From assembly GCA_963695805.1 (NCBI GenBank), contig CAVOHV010000001.1, forward strand, positions 67,843 through 131,842: a stretch of DNA of 64,000 bases, in the 5' to 3' direction. Positions 17,776 to 26,108 of this stretch are shown here, piece after piece. Origin of the DNA: an uncultured Solirubrobacterales bacterium. Lineage in GTDB: Bacteria; Actinomycetota; Thermoleophilia; Solirubrobacterales; 70-9. Position 1 is the first letter of the stretch; every line of letters begins with the position of its first letter. The notes under the pieces are model-generated. The model had not been told where the DNA came from, did not search any database, and saw only the letters and a program-made list of their open reading frames with translations. The position numbers and the translations under genes are program-made.

Positions 17776-18399
17776 TCAACCCGAGGGACCGCCGTGCCAG
17801 CCGCTGATCGAACTGATCAGCGAGATTGCGAGCGCGGCGCCAACGCCGAGTGAAGCGGCGACAAGCAGGCCGCGTAGGCCAGATCCGGGAACCGGGTGGT
17901 CCCGAACGGAACCCCAGTCGCGACGCGCCGATTTCAATGCGCGTGGTGCGTAGACGAGGAAATGGATCGCGAAGACGACGCCCCAGATGATGAAGGTGAC
18001 CTTATGGAGCAGAAGCACCTGGTCAGACTTGTGCTCGAGAGCCAGGAGCCAGATCCCAGTAGCGAACACCCCAATTGTCATGGCGACGAGGACGGGTGCG
18101 AGCAGGCGCATCGGCAGCGCCGGCGGCCCTTTCTCCTCATACGCCCTCGTGCCCCCGTAGTAGCGGGCAAAGCGATAGCCCGTGCTCGCCAGCTTGAGAA
18201 TGATCGGCGGTACCAGCACCAGTCCAATGAACATGTGAACGCTGAGGAGGCCGCCCATCTCCAGAATCGTGATCCCTTCAGCGATCAGTAGAACGGTGAG
18301 GATCCCGGCCACAGAGCTCGTGAGTATTTGGTTCCCCTCTGTCCCGCCAAGGTGATCTGCACGGTTCACTGTGGCGGGATGCCGGGTGTGGACCTCCAT
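17776..18399 (-). CDS. five-TM membrane protein with intramembrane His residues (possible b-type cytochrome; hypothetical)
   Basis: 207-aa ORF with hydrophobic segments including LLSVHMFIGLVLVPPIILKLA and LLLHKVTFIIWGVVFAIHFLVYA. Family not identified. Confidence 0.55.
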   Translation of the reverse strand: MEVHTRHPATVNRADHLGGTEGNQILTSSVAGILTVLLIAEGITILEMGGLLSVHMFIGLVLVPPIILKLASTGYRFARYYGGTRAYEEKGPPALPMRLLAPVLVAMTIGVFATGIWLLALEHKSDQVLLLHKVTFIIWGVVFAIHFLVYAPRALKSARRDWGSVRDHPVPGSGLRGLLVAASLGVGAALAISLISSISGWHGGPSG

Positions 18400-18487
18400 C
18401 GCTAGATCGTCACTAGCGGCGATCAGATGCGTCTAAGAATGGGATTAGAAATCTCTTATCTGCTGCCCAGGAGGTTGATCTGGTGAC

Positions 18488-18551
18488 GGCTAGCCTTCCC
18501 GAACGTGATCTCGACCAACCGGTTCTGATCGACACAACCCACACATCGACG
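18488..18551 (+). repeat. diverged duplicate of the efp upstream leader plus first codons
   Basis: GGCTAGCCTTCCC-GAAC-GTGATCTCGACCAACCGGTTC...CACATCGACG aligns with 19250-19316, GGCTAGCCTTCCC-TGGCC-GTGATTTCGACGAACCAGTTC...CACATCGATGTCGACG. The relic reads V-I-S-T-N-R-F-stop; efp reads V-I-S-T-N-Q-F-K. Confidence 0.7.
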
Positions 18552-18744
18552 ATTCGTCAGCGAAGGGTCGCCGAGCACCCGGCAGCGAACGGCCGTTGAG
18601 GAGAAGATTCAGACGTAGGTGTCTTGGCCGAGGTACTTCTTGGCCAGTTCGTCGACTAGGAGCGACAACGTGAGGACATCGTCCAAGAGGCACATTCAGA
18701 AACGGTTCCGGAAGCGAGCGAGATACTCTGGCGCGCGTCGCGCC

Positions 18745-19209
18745 GTGAGGAGGTGGCGAGGGACCTCGTGGCGGGATGCGCTCGGCGGCAGCGTGTTGCT
18801 TGGAGCCGCGTCGGGCCTGCGCGGCCAGATCGGTGTGGCGGTCATCGCGGTTCGCTCGGACCCCTCTCTGCCTCCGATACTCCGCCAACCGTGGAGCAGG
18901 CGGGTGTTGGTGGCGGCGGCAGTTGGCGAGCTGATCGCCGACAAGTTGCCGAGCACCCCGAGCAGGCTCGAGCCGCAGGGGATCGTCGGTCGACTCGTCC
19001 TGGGGGCGCTGGCAGCCGGGCTCTTCGCCCAGACTCGGCAAGCACCTTGGCTTCCTGCCTCCGGCATCGGGGCGGCGAGCGCAATTGTGGCGGCAAAGAT
19101 CGGCCACGACCTACGGGCCCAATTGGCCAAGCAGATGCCCGACCCTGCCGTGGCAGTCGTCGAAGACACCGTCGCACTCAGCCTGGCCACTGAGGGAGCC
19201 GCGCGGTGA
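18745..19209 (+). CDS. DUF4126-like membrane protein
   Basis: ORF 18619..19209. A GTG at 18745 is a plausible start. VGELIADKLPSTPSRLEPQGIVGRLVLGALAAGLFA resembles the DUF4126 core. Confidence 0.6.
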   Translation: MRRWRGTSWRDALGGSVLLGAASGLRGQIGVAVIAVRSDPSLPPILRQPWSRRVLVAAAVGELIADKLPSTPSRLEPQGIVGRLVLGALAAGLFAQTRQAPWLPASGIGAASAIVAAKIGHDLRAQLAKQMPDPAVAVVEDTVALSLATEGAAR

Positions 19210-19267
19210 TTGGGTACTGAAGCTGCGTCTGCTGTCGTCCTGGCCCGGCGGCTAGCCTTCCCTGGCC

Positions 19268-19828
19268 GTGATTTCGACGAACCAGTTCAAGAACGGAACG
19301 CACATCGATGTCGACGGGACCGTCTTCCGGATCGTCGAGTTCCAGCACGTGAAGCCGGGCAAGGGTGGCGCGTTCGTGCGCTCGAAGCTCAAGCGGGTCG
19401 ACGACGGCGCCGTGATCGACAAGACCTTCAAGGCCGGTGAGAAGTTCCGGCCGGTTCGCACCGAGACCCGCAAGATGCAGTTCCTCTACGACTCGGGGGA
19501 AGCAGCCGTCTTCATGGACAACCAGAGCTACGACCAGGTGGAGATCCCGAAGTCCGTGGTCGAGGACGCCCTGCGCTGGGTCCCGGCCAACTCGGACGTC
19601 GACCTGCTCTTCGTGGACGAGCGACCGGCGGGCGCCCAACCGCCGACCGCGGTCGAGCTGACCGTGACCCAGACGGATCCGGGGCTCAAGGGCGACACCG
19701 CCTCTGGAGGGGGGTCCAAGCCGGCGACGCTGGAGACAGGTGTCGTGGTTCAGGTTCCCCTCTTCATCGAGGAGGGCGAGAGGGTCAGGGTCGACACCCG
19801 CAGCGGCGAGTACGTATCGCGTGCGTAG
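19268..19828 (+). CDS. efp: elongation factor P
   Basis: 186 aa. ISTNQFKNGTHIDVDGTVFRIVEFQHVKPGKGGAFVRSKLK is the canonical EF-P N-terminus. Confidence 0.95.
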   Translation: MISTNQFKNGTHIDVDGTVFRIVEFQHVKPGKGGAFVRSKLKRVDDGAVIDKTFKAGEKFRPVRTETRKMQFLYDSGEAAVFMDNQSYDQVEIPKSVVEDALRWVPANSDVDLLFVDERPAGAQPPTAVELTVTQTDPGLKGDTASGGGSKPATLETGVVVQVPLFIEEGERVRVDTRSGEYVSRA

Positions 19829-20201
19829 GTCGGACCAGAGAAGAGACGCGGTCTTCGCGCTCTACCAGCACGAGGTGACCGGGAGGCCGGTCGGAGAGCT
19901 CCTCGGGGAAGCCAAGCCATTCACCCGGGAGCTCGCGGAGCAGGTGGAAGCGAACCGCGATGAGTTGGATGACCTGATCTCGCGCCATTCCCAGAACTGG
20001 TCGCTGGACCGGATCGCGCCCCTGGAGCGGAGCATCTTGCGCACCGCCCTCTACGAGGCCCTCCACAGCGACGACGTCCCGGTCGAGGTCGCGATCGACG
20101 AGGCCGTCGAGCTCGCCAAGCAGTACTGCGGCGCGGACGCCCCGGGATTCGTCAATGGAGTCCTCGGGGCCGCCCTCGAAGAGAGGGGCGCCGTCGACTG
20201 A
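19821..20201 (+). CDS. nusB: transcription antitermination factor NusB
   Basis: In-frame GTG at 19821 overlaps the efp stop. RRSDQRRDAVFALYQHEV...WSLDRIAPLERSILRTALYE fits NusB, and efp-nusB synteny is conserved. Confidence 0.85.
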   Translation: MRRSDQRRDAVFALYQHEVTGRPVGELLGEAKPFTRELAEQVEANRDELDDLISRHSQNWSLDRIAPLERSILRTALYEALHSDDVPVEVAIDEAVELAKQYCGADAPGFVNGVLGAALEERGAVD

Positions 20202-20983
20202 TGGCGGCCGCGCTCGAGGGCATCGAGGGGCTCCTCCTCGACCTGAGCGGCGTTCTCTACGTGCAGGATGAGGCGGTGCCCGGGGCAGCCGACGCCCTGG
20301 CGAAGCTGCGCGATGACGGCATCCCGCTCCGCCTCGTCACCAACACGACGATGCGCCCGCGGCGCTCGATCCTGGAGCGCCTCCATCGTCTCGGGATCGA
20401 GGCTGAGCCATCGGAGCTGCTGACGCCGGCCACCCTCGCGGTTCGGCGGTGCGAGGAGGCGGGGTACGAATCTGTCTCGCTGGTCGTGCTCGACGAGCTC
20501 CGGGAGGACCTGGACGGCCTCGAGGAGGGCGAGGGATCCGTCGACGCGGTGATTGTCGGCGACCTCGGGGAGGGCTGGGGCTACGGGATCCTCAACCGCG
20601 CCTTCCGGCAGCTGATGGACGGGGCCGAGCTGATCGCCCTGCAGAAGAACCGCTACTGGGAAACCGCGGAGGGGCTCTCTCTCGATGCGGGGCCGTTCGT
20701 CTCGGCGCTCGAGTACGCGACCGGGCGGGAGGCTGAGGTCGTCGGCAAGCCATCGGACTCCTTCTTCGAGCTCGCCCTCTCGGAGCTCGGTGTGCGCGCC
20801 GACCGGGCGGCGATGGTGGGCGACGACGTCGAGGCCGATGTAGGCGGCGCGATGGACGCGGGTCTCGCCGGAATCCTGGTCAGAACCGGCAAGTACCGGG
20901 AGGATCTGGTGCGGAAGAGTGGAATTGAGCCCACCGCGACGGTTGACTCGATCGCGGACGTGCCCGATCTGCTCTCGGTCTGA
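20201..20983 (+). CDS. HAD-superfamily hydrolase, subfamily IIA
   Basis: ATG overlaps the nusB stop (TGATG). LLLDLSGVLY (DxxG-type motif I variant), VTNTT (motif II), and GDDVEADVGGA (motif IV). Confidence 0.8.
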   Translation: MAAALEGIEGLLLDLSGVLYVQDEAVPGAADALAKLRDDGIPLRLVTNTTMRPRRSILERLHRLGIEAEPSELLTPATLAVRRCEEAGYESVSLVVLDELREDLDGLEEGEGSVDAVIVGDLGEGWGYGILNRAFRQLMDGAELIALQKNRYWETAEGLSLDAGPFVSALEYATGREAEVVGKPSDSFFELALSELGVRADRAAMVGDDVEADVGGAMDAGLAGILVRTGKYREDLVRKSGIEPTATVDSIADVPDLLSV

Positions 20984-21176
20984 CGGTCCGTAGTTTCCCG
21001 GCGCCTCTGCCGAGCAAACCGATGAACCCGGGGGTGTGAAGTTGCATCCTGCCGTGGACCCAGGGGGAGGATCTCGCTTCGGATGCCATCGAAACGGATT
21101 TCGGACGAATCGGAGATCGAATTGACTCGAGGCGCGTCCGATCAGTGGGCGCGCCCGATCAACTACCGTGACGGCG

Positions 21177-21365
21177 ATGGAGGCCCGGTCTCCAGACCTG
21201 GAAGCGATAACGGCGCGGCTGGAGCGGATAGCGGAGGAGCTCGAAGCCGGGCCGAGCGACGAGCGCGCCGTCGAGCTGGTGCGAGAGGCCTCCGAATCCG
21301 CGGCGGAGGCGGGGAGGGCGGTGGGAGCCGCGCTGAGGGCCGCGACGGATACGTCGTCGCCCTGA
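21177..21365 (+). CDS. xseB: possible exodeoxyribonuclease VII small subunit
   Basis: 62-aa helical ORF (LEAITARLERIAEELEAGPSDERAVELVRE) immediately upstream of the polyprenyl synthase and dxs, matching the xseB-ispA-dxs order known from E. coli. Sequence similarity is weak and no xseA is adjacent. Confidence 0.4.
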   Translation: MEARSPDLEAITARLERIAEELEAGPSDERAVELVREASESAAEAGRAVGAALRAATDTSSP

Positions 21366-21373
21366 ACAGGGCC

Positions 21374-22279
21374 ATGAGCGAGTACCCCGACGACCTGCGA
21401 GAGCAGGTCGAGAACTATCTGAAGGGGATTCGGTTCTCACGGATCCCCCCGACCGAGGGCCTCGAGGAGGCGATGCGCTACTCGCTGCTCGCCGGGGGAA
21501 AGAGGATCCGCCCGGTGCTCGCGCTCGCGACGGCGCGGTCGATCGGCCTCGACCCCGAGCGCGTGCTTCCCGCAGCCGCGGCGCTCGAGCTCATCCACAC
21601 TTACTCCCTGATCCACGACGACCTGCCCGCGATGGACGACGACGAGCTGCGACGGGGGATGCCGACGGCACACGTCAAGTTCGGTGAGAACGTCGCCATC
21701 CTCGCCGGCGACGCTCTCTTCGCCGAGGCGATGCACCTGTTCACCGAGGAGCAGAGGGGGCACCCGGCGGCAGTGCTCGCCGCGCTCAGGGAGCTGGTCA
21801 CGGCCGCGGGAGTGGGGGGCATGGTGGGCGGTCAGTACATCGACGTGACCGAGTTCGATGCTGCCGCGAGGGGTGACTGGGAGGCGGCGGTCAACCTCAA
21901 CGCCTCGCGGCTGCGGGAAATGCACTCGCTCAAGACCGGCCGCCTGATCGCCGCCAGCGTGTCGGTTGTGCTGATCCTCGGCGAGGTGCCCGAAGCTGAG
22001 ACAATCCCGTACCGGCGTTTCGCCGATGAGCTCGGGGTGTTGTTCCAGATCGTCGACGACATACTCGACGTGACGGGCTCCGATGAGGAGCTCGGCAAGC
22101 CGAGCGGCAGCGACGAGAGGCACGGAAAGCTCACGTATGTGAGTGCGTATGGACTGGAAGAAGCGCGCGAGCTAGCCTCCGAGTCGCATCGGAAGGCTCG
22201 TGCGGCGCTCGATGGGGCACGGCCCCGCACAGATGACTTGATCCGGATAACCGACTTCATTCACACGCGACACACCTGA
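21374..22279 (+). CDS. polyprenyl (farnesyl/geranylgeranyl) diphosphate synthase
   Basis: ORF 21083..22279; the real start is likely ATG 21374 (MSEYPDDL). First DDxxD motif is LIHDDLPAMDDDELRRG and the second is FQIVDDILD. Confidence 0.85.
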   Translation: MSEYPDDLREQVENYLKGIRFSRIPPTEGLEEAMRYSLLAGGKRIRPVLALATARSIGLDPERVLPAAAALELIHTYSLIHDDLPAMDDDELRRGMPTAHVKFGENVAILAGDALFAEAMHLFTEEQRGHPAAVLAALRELVTAAGVGGMVGGQYIDVTEFDAAARGDWEAAVNLNASRLREMHSLKTGRLIAASVSVVLILGEVPEAETIPYRRFADELGVLFQIVDDILDVTGSDEELGKPSGSDERHGKLTYVSAYGLEEARELASESHRKARAALDGARPRTDDLIRITDFIHTRHT

Positions 22280-24300
22280 TGCCGAAGAACAACAGCGATC
22301 CGAAGAAGACCGAGACGCGGCTGCTCGATTCGATCGACTCCCCCGCCGACCTCAGCAGTCTCTCCGACGAGCAGCTCCAGCAGGTCGCGCAGGAGACGCG
22401 CGAGCTGATCATCGGCACGATCGGCGAGATCGGCGGCCACTTCGGCGCCAACCTCGGCACCTGCGAGCTCGCCGTGTCGCTGCACAGCCTCCTCGACTCC
22501 CCGAAGGACAAGATCCTCTGGGACGTCGGACACCAGGCCTATCCCCACAAGGTTCTCACCGGCCGGCGCGACCGGCTCGACACGATCCGCCAGTACGAGG
22601 GGCTGGCGCCGTTCTGCTCGATCTTCGAGTCCGAGCACGACATCATGGGCGCGGGGCACGCCTCGACCTCGATCGGGTACGCGGTCGGCCTGAAGGAGGC
22701 GATGCGCAAGGGCATCGGCGAGGACGGCAAGGTCGTCGCGGTGATCGGCGACGGAGCGCTCACGGGAGGCGTCGCCTACGAGGCGCTCCACCACGCGGGC
22801 GGCCTGCAGACCCCGATGGTGATCGTGGTCAACGACAACGGGATGTCGATCTCACCGAACGTCGGGGCGATGTCCCGCTACTTCCAGCGGGCACGGCTCA
22901 ACAAGCGCCTCTACTTCGCGCGCTCGACCACCGAGGAGCGCCTCACCCAGCTGCCGCTCGGCCTGGGCCGGCGGATCGACAGGGTCGGACCCGAGCTGAA
23001 GGCGGCGATCAAGGCGTACTTCGCACCCGGTCTCTTCTTCGAGGAGCTCGACCTTGCGTATATGGGCCCGATCGACGGCCATGACGTCGCCGAGCTCCGC
23101 GCGGCCCTTCGCAAGGGGCTCCAGGCCGGCCGGCCGGTCGTGGTCCACATCCAGACGGTCAAAGGCAAGGGATTCGAGCCGGCCGAGGAGGGCGGCCTGG
23201 TGGGAATGGAGAAGTGGCACGCCGCCAAGCCGGGCTCGATCGTGGATGGCAAGGAGGCCCCCAAGAAGCCGGTGCCGGTGAGCGAGTCCGACTCGCCCGA
23301 GAAGATCGAGAAGCTCGAGAAGCCCCCGCCCAAGGCGCCGCCGCAGTACACGGCGGTGTTCGCAGACGCTCTGGTCGAGGAGGCCAAGCGGGATCCGCGG
23401 GTGATCGGCATCACCGCCGCGATGGCCGGCGGTACGGGATTGAACAAGCTCCACGAGGCGCTGCCCGAGCAGTACTACGACGTCGGCATCGCCGAACAAG
23501 ATGCCGTCCTGTTCGCGGCCGGTCTGGCGCTGCAGGGAGCGAAGCCGGTCTGCGCGATCTACTCGACCTTCCTGCAAAGAGCCTTCGACCAGCTCGTGCA
23601 TGACGTCTGCCTGCAGAAGCTGAACGTGGTGTTCGCAATGGACCGGGCGGGCCTTGTCGGCGACGATGGGCCGACCCACCACGGCTTCATCGACGTCTCC
23701 TACTTCCGCCCGCTGCCGAACGTCGTGGTGATGGCGCCCCGCGACGAGGCCATGCTCGTCCACATGCTGCGCACGGCGCTCGCCTACGACGACGGCCCGA
23801 TCGCCTTCCGCTATCCCCGGGGCGCGGCCGAGGGTGCCCCGATGCCCAATGTGCCGAAGGAGATCGAGATCGGCAAGGGCGAGTACCTCCTCCCCGGCCA
23901 GCGTGTCGCCCTGCTCGGCTATGGCTACGGGGTCCAGGTGGCCTTGAGCGCCGCGGAGATCCTCCGCAACAAGGGCCTCGAGCCCACCGTCGCGGACGCA
24001 CGCTTCGCCAAGCCGCTGGACGGCGAGATGGTCGAGAGGCTGGCATCCGACCACGAGCTGCTGGTGACCATCGAGGAGAACGTGCTGCCCGGCGGCTTCG
24101 GGTCGGCCGTGCTCGAGCACGCCGAGGACGGCTTCGCCTACGGCGGCGAGCGCGCCCGCATCCTCCGCGTCGGGCTGCCGGACCGCTACGTGACGCACGG
24201 CAAGCCCGCCCAGCTCCGCGAGGAGGTCGGATTCACCGGCGAGGCCGTCGCCGACCGCGTCCTCGCGGCCCTGGGTACGCGCGAGACCATCTTCGGTTGA
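22279..24300 (+). CDS. dxs: 1-deoxy-D-xylulose-5-phosphate synthase
   Basis: 673 aa. LLDSIDSPADL, GGHFGANLG, GDGALTGG (ThDP motif), and a C-terminal transketolase-like domain. ATG overlaps the upstream stop. Confidence 0.95.
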   Translation: MPKNNSDPKKTETRLLDSIDSPADLSSLSDEQLQQVAQETRELIIGTIGEIGGHFGANLGTCELAVSLHSLLDSPKDKILWDVGHQAYPHKVLTGRRDRLDTIRQYEGLAPFCSIFESEHDIMGAGHASTSIGYAVGLKEAMRKGIGEDGKVVAVIGDGALTGGVAYEALHHAGGLQTPMVIVVNDNGMSISPNVGAMSRYFQRARLNKRLYFARSTTEERLTQLPLGLGRRIDRVGPELKAAIKAYFAPGLFFEELDLAYMGPIDGHDVAELRAALRKGLQAGRPVVVHIQTVKGKGFEPAEEGGLVGMEKWHAAKPGSIVDGKEAPKKPVPVSESDSPEKIEKLEKPPPKAPPQYTAVFADALVEEAKRDPRVIGITAAMAGGTGLNKLHEALPEQYYDVGIAEQDAVLFAAGLALQGAKPVCAIYSTFLQRAFDQLVHDVCLQKLNVVFAMDRAGLVGDDGPTHHGFIDVSYFRPLPNVVVMAPRDEAMLVHMLRTALAYDDGPIAFRYPRGAAEGAPMPNVPKEIEIGKGEYLLPGQRVALLGYGYGVQVALSAAEILRNKGLEPTVADARFAKPLDGEMVERLASDHELLVTIEENVLPGGFGSAVLEHAEDGFAYGGERARILRVGLPDRYVTHGKPAQLREEVGFTGEAVADRVLAALGTRETIFG

Positions 24301-24398
24301 TTACCGACTGCGGCCGCTCGATGGCTTAGTGGCACGGGTGGCGCCCGATGCCTCGACTCGCATTGTGGGCGTCCGTGCCGGCGGGATACTCCATCGTG

Positions 24399-24802
24399 AT
24401 GTCCGCCGAGAACGTGAAGGTCGTGACGGCCATGTACGAAAGCCGTGAGCGAGGCGACATGGACGTGGGGGAGTTCGTTCATCCCGAGATCGTCTTCGCT
24501 CGCATCGGCTCTCCGAGCTTCCTGGCTCGGCCGGCGAATGGCATGGCCTTGACGGAATGCGGAAGGCCACCGTCGAGTATCTGAACGTCTGGGAGGATTA
24601 CCGCCTCGAGGTTGAGCGGATGATCGATCTGGGCGATCGCGTTCTCGTCCTCGAGACGCAGACCGCTCGGGGCAAGCGCAGCGGAGCCGTCACCAGCCAG
24701 GACGTCGGCACGCTGCTCACCCTCCGTGGCGGCCTGATCGTGCGCTGGGAGTACTACTGGGAGCGGGCCGAGGCCCTGGAGGCCGCCGGGATCGCCGAGT
24801 AG
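24399..24802 (+). pseudogene. SnoaL/NTF2-like small protein, frameshifted copy of the MSEENV...ALEAAGLxE family
   Basis: The N-terminal 40 residues (MSAENVKVVTAMYESRERGD...FARIGSPS) are in phase 0. The rest (GSAGEWHGLDGMRKATVEYLNVWEDYRLEVERMIDLGDRVLV...RAEALEAAGIAE) is in another phase. The shift maps to about 24516-24526. Confidence 0.65.
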
Positions 24803-25533
24803 GCGAGTGCCGAGAGCCCCCTGTGCAGTTCGGCGAATGCGGCCAACGCCCGCGGAGCGAGCGCGATGGCGGCGACGTCGAAGAGCACGTAGATGCCCGC
24901 GATCCCGCTCGGTGGGTTGCCCGCCGGCAGGGGGGTGTCCGGCGCGGTCGGGGCCCAGTGCCAGGCCCCGATCGAGGTCCCATAGATCTCCAGGAAGCCA
25001 ACGACGAGGAAGACCCCGGCGTAGAGCGTCGCGGCGCGGCCCCGGAGAAGCACGTAGATCAGCAGCGCTCCCGCGATCGCCCCGAGGACGTCCGCGCGGC
25101 CAAGCAGGAAGAGTCCGGCGATCCCCCAGGCCGCCACGATCGCGATGACAGCGCCCAGGAAGAGCCGCGGATTCCGCAGCACCTGCACGGACTGGCTGAT
25201 GCGGAGACCCGCCAAGAAGACGAGCCCGTGGCCCGGCGGGACGAAGGCCGGCAGGTTCTCGAGCCGGTAGGTGTAGGCGCCGAGCACGATCGAGCCGAGC
25301 ACCTCCGCGCAGCTCGCCACCAGCACGACGACCAGCGCCCTGGCGCGATCCTGCGGCTCCACAGAGACACAGGAGGCGATCAGGATCGCCCAGGTCGCCG
25401 CCCCGAGTAGGAGCTGCTGGCCCGGGCTGGCGTAGTGATCGAGAGCGAGGAAGGTCGCGATCACGCAGAGCACCATCGCCGCGAATGGCAGCGGCGCTGA
25501 CAGCGGGTGCTTGGCGGCTCCTCTCCCCATCAC
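24754..25533 (-). CDS. hypothetical polytopic membrane protein
   Basis: 259-aa ORF with about 7 hydrophobic helices. No family recognised. Its 3' end overlaps the convergent SnoaL pseudogene by 49 nt, and the start is uncertain. Confidence 0.5.
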   Translation of the reverse strand: MMGRGAAKHPLSAPLPFAAMVLCVIATFLALDHYASPGQQLLLGAATWAILIASCVSVEPQDRARALVVVLVASCAEVLGSIVLGAYTYRLENLPAFVPPGHGLVFLAGLRISQSVQVLRNPRLFLGAVIAIVAAWGIAGLFLLGRADVLGAIAGALLIYVLLRGRAATLYAGVFLVVGFLEIYGTSIGAWHWAPTAPDTPLPAGNPPSGIAGIYVLFDVAAIALAPRALAAFAELHRGLSALAYSAIPAASRASARSQ

Positions 25534-25703
25534 TAATCGGGTGGCTCCTCCTGCATTTCACGGGTCGCGCTGTCGCGCGCCCTCGCATCATCGGGGCCCC
25601 CTCGCATTACGCCCGTGCTGCGGGGACGAATTGCGATTGGATCATCCCCTCGCGGGCGCTGTCAAATGAGAGACTGCGCGCGGTGATCGAACGGCCGGTG
25701 TTC

Positions 25704-26108
25704 ATGCTCGAAGATCCCGTCGAACACGGGGCTCTGGGCGCTGAATACACCTTTGAGTGGGACAGCAATCGGCTCACCGCGGGCGATCTGGAGGCGCGCG
25801 CCGTCGAGGAGCTGCGCGGTCGGCTGAAGGGCGGCCTCGCATTCGTGGGCCTCTCCCAGGTGAGGGAGACGGCGACGTTCGGCGGGCTGCCGCTGATGGA
25901 GCGCCTCGACGAGCGGCTCTGCGGCGTCTGGGCCGTCAACCCTCAAAGCGGACAGATTGTCGGATTTCTCCGTTTCGAGGAACTCGTCAAGGAGGTCTTC
26001 GACGTCGCGCTGCTGGCCGGGGTGCGCTATCCCGAGATCGCGGAGGAGGGCGCCGACACGGCAATCAACTCCTTCGTGCTGCCGGAGGCGCAGCCGGCCG
26101 CCGGATGA
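25704..26108 (+). pseudogene. C-terminal remnant of a TIGR03032/DUF4915-like protein
   Basis: GLAFVGLSQVRETATFGGLPLMERLDERLCGVWAVNPQSGQIVGFLRFEELVKEVFDVALLAGVRYPEI...NSFVLP matches my recollection of the C-terminal region of about 350-aa TIGR03032 proteins. There is no room upstream for the rest of the gene. Confidence 0.5.
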
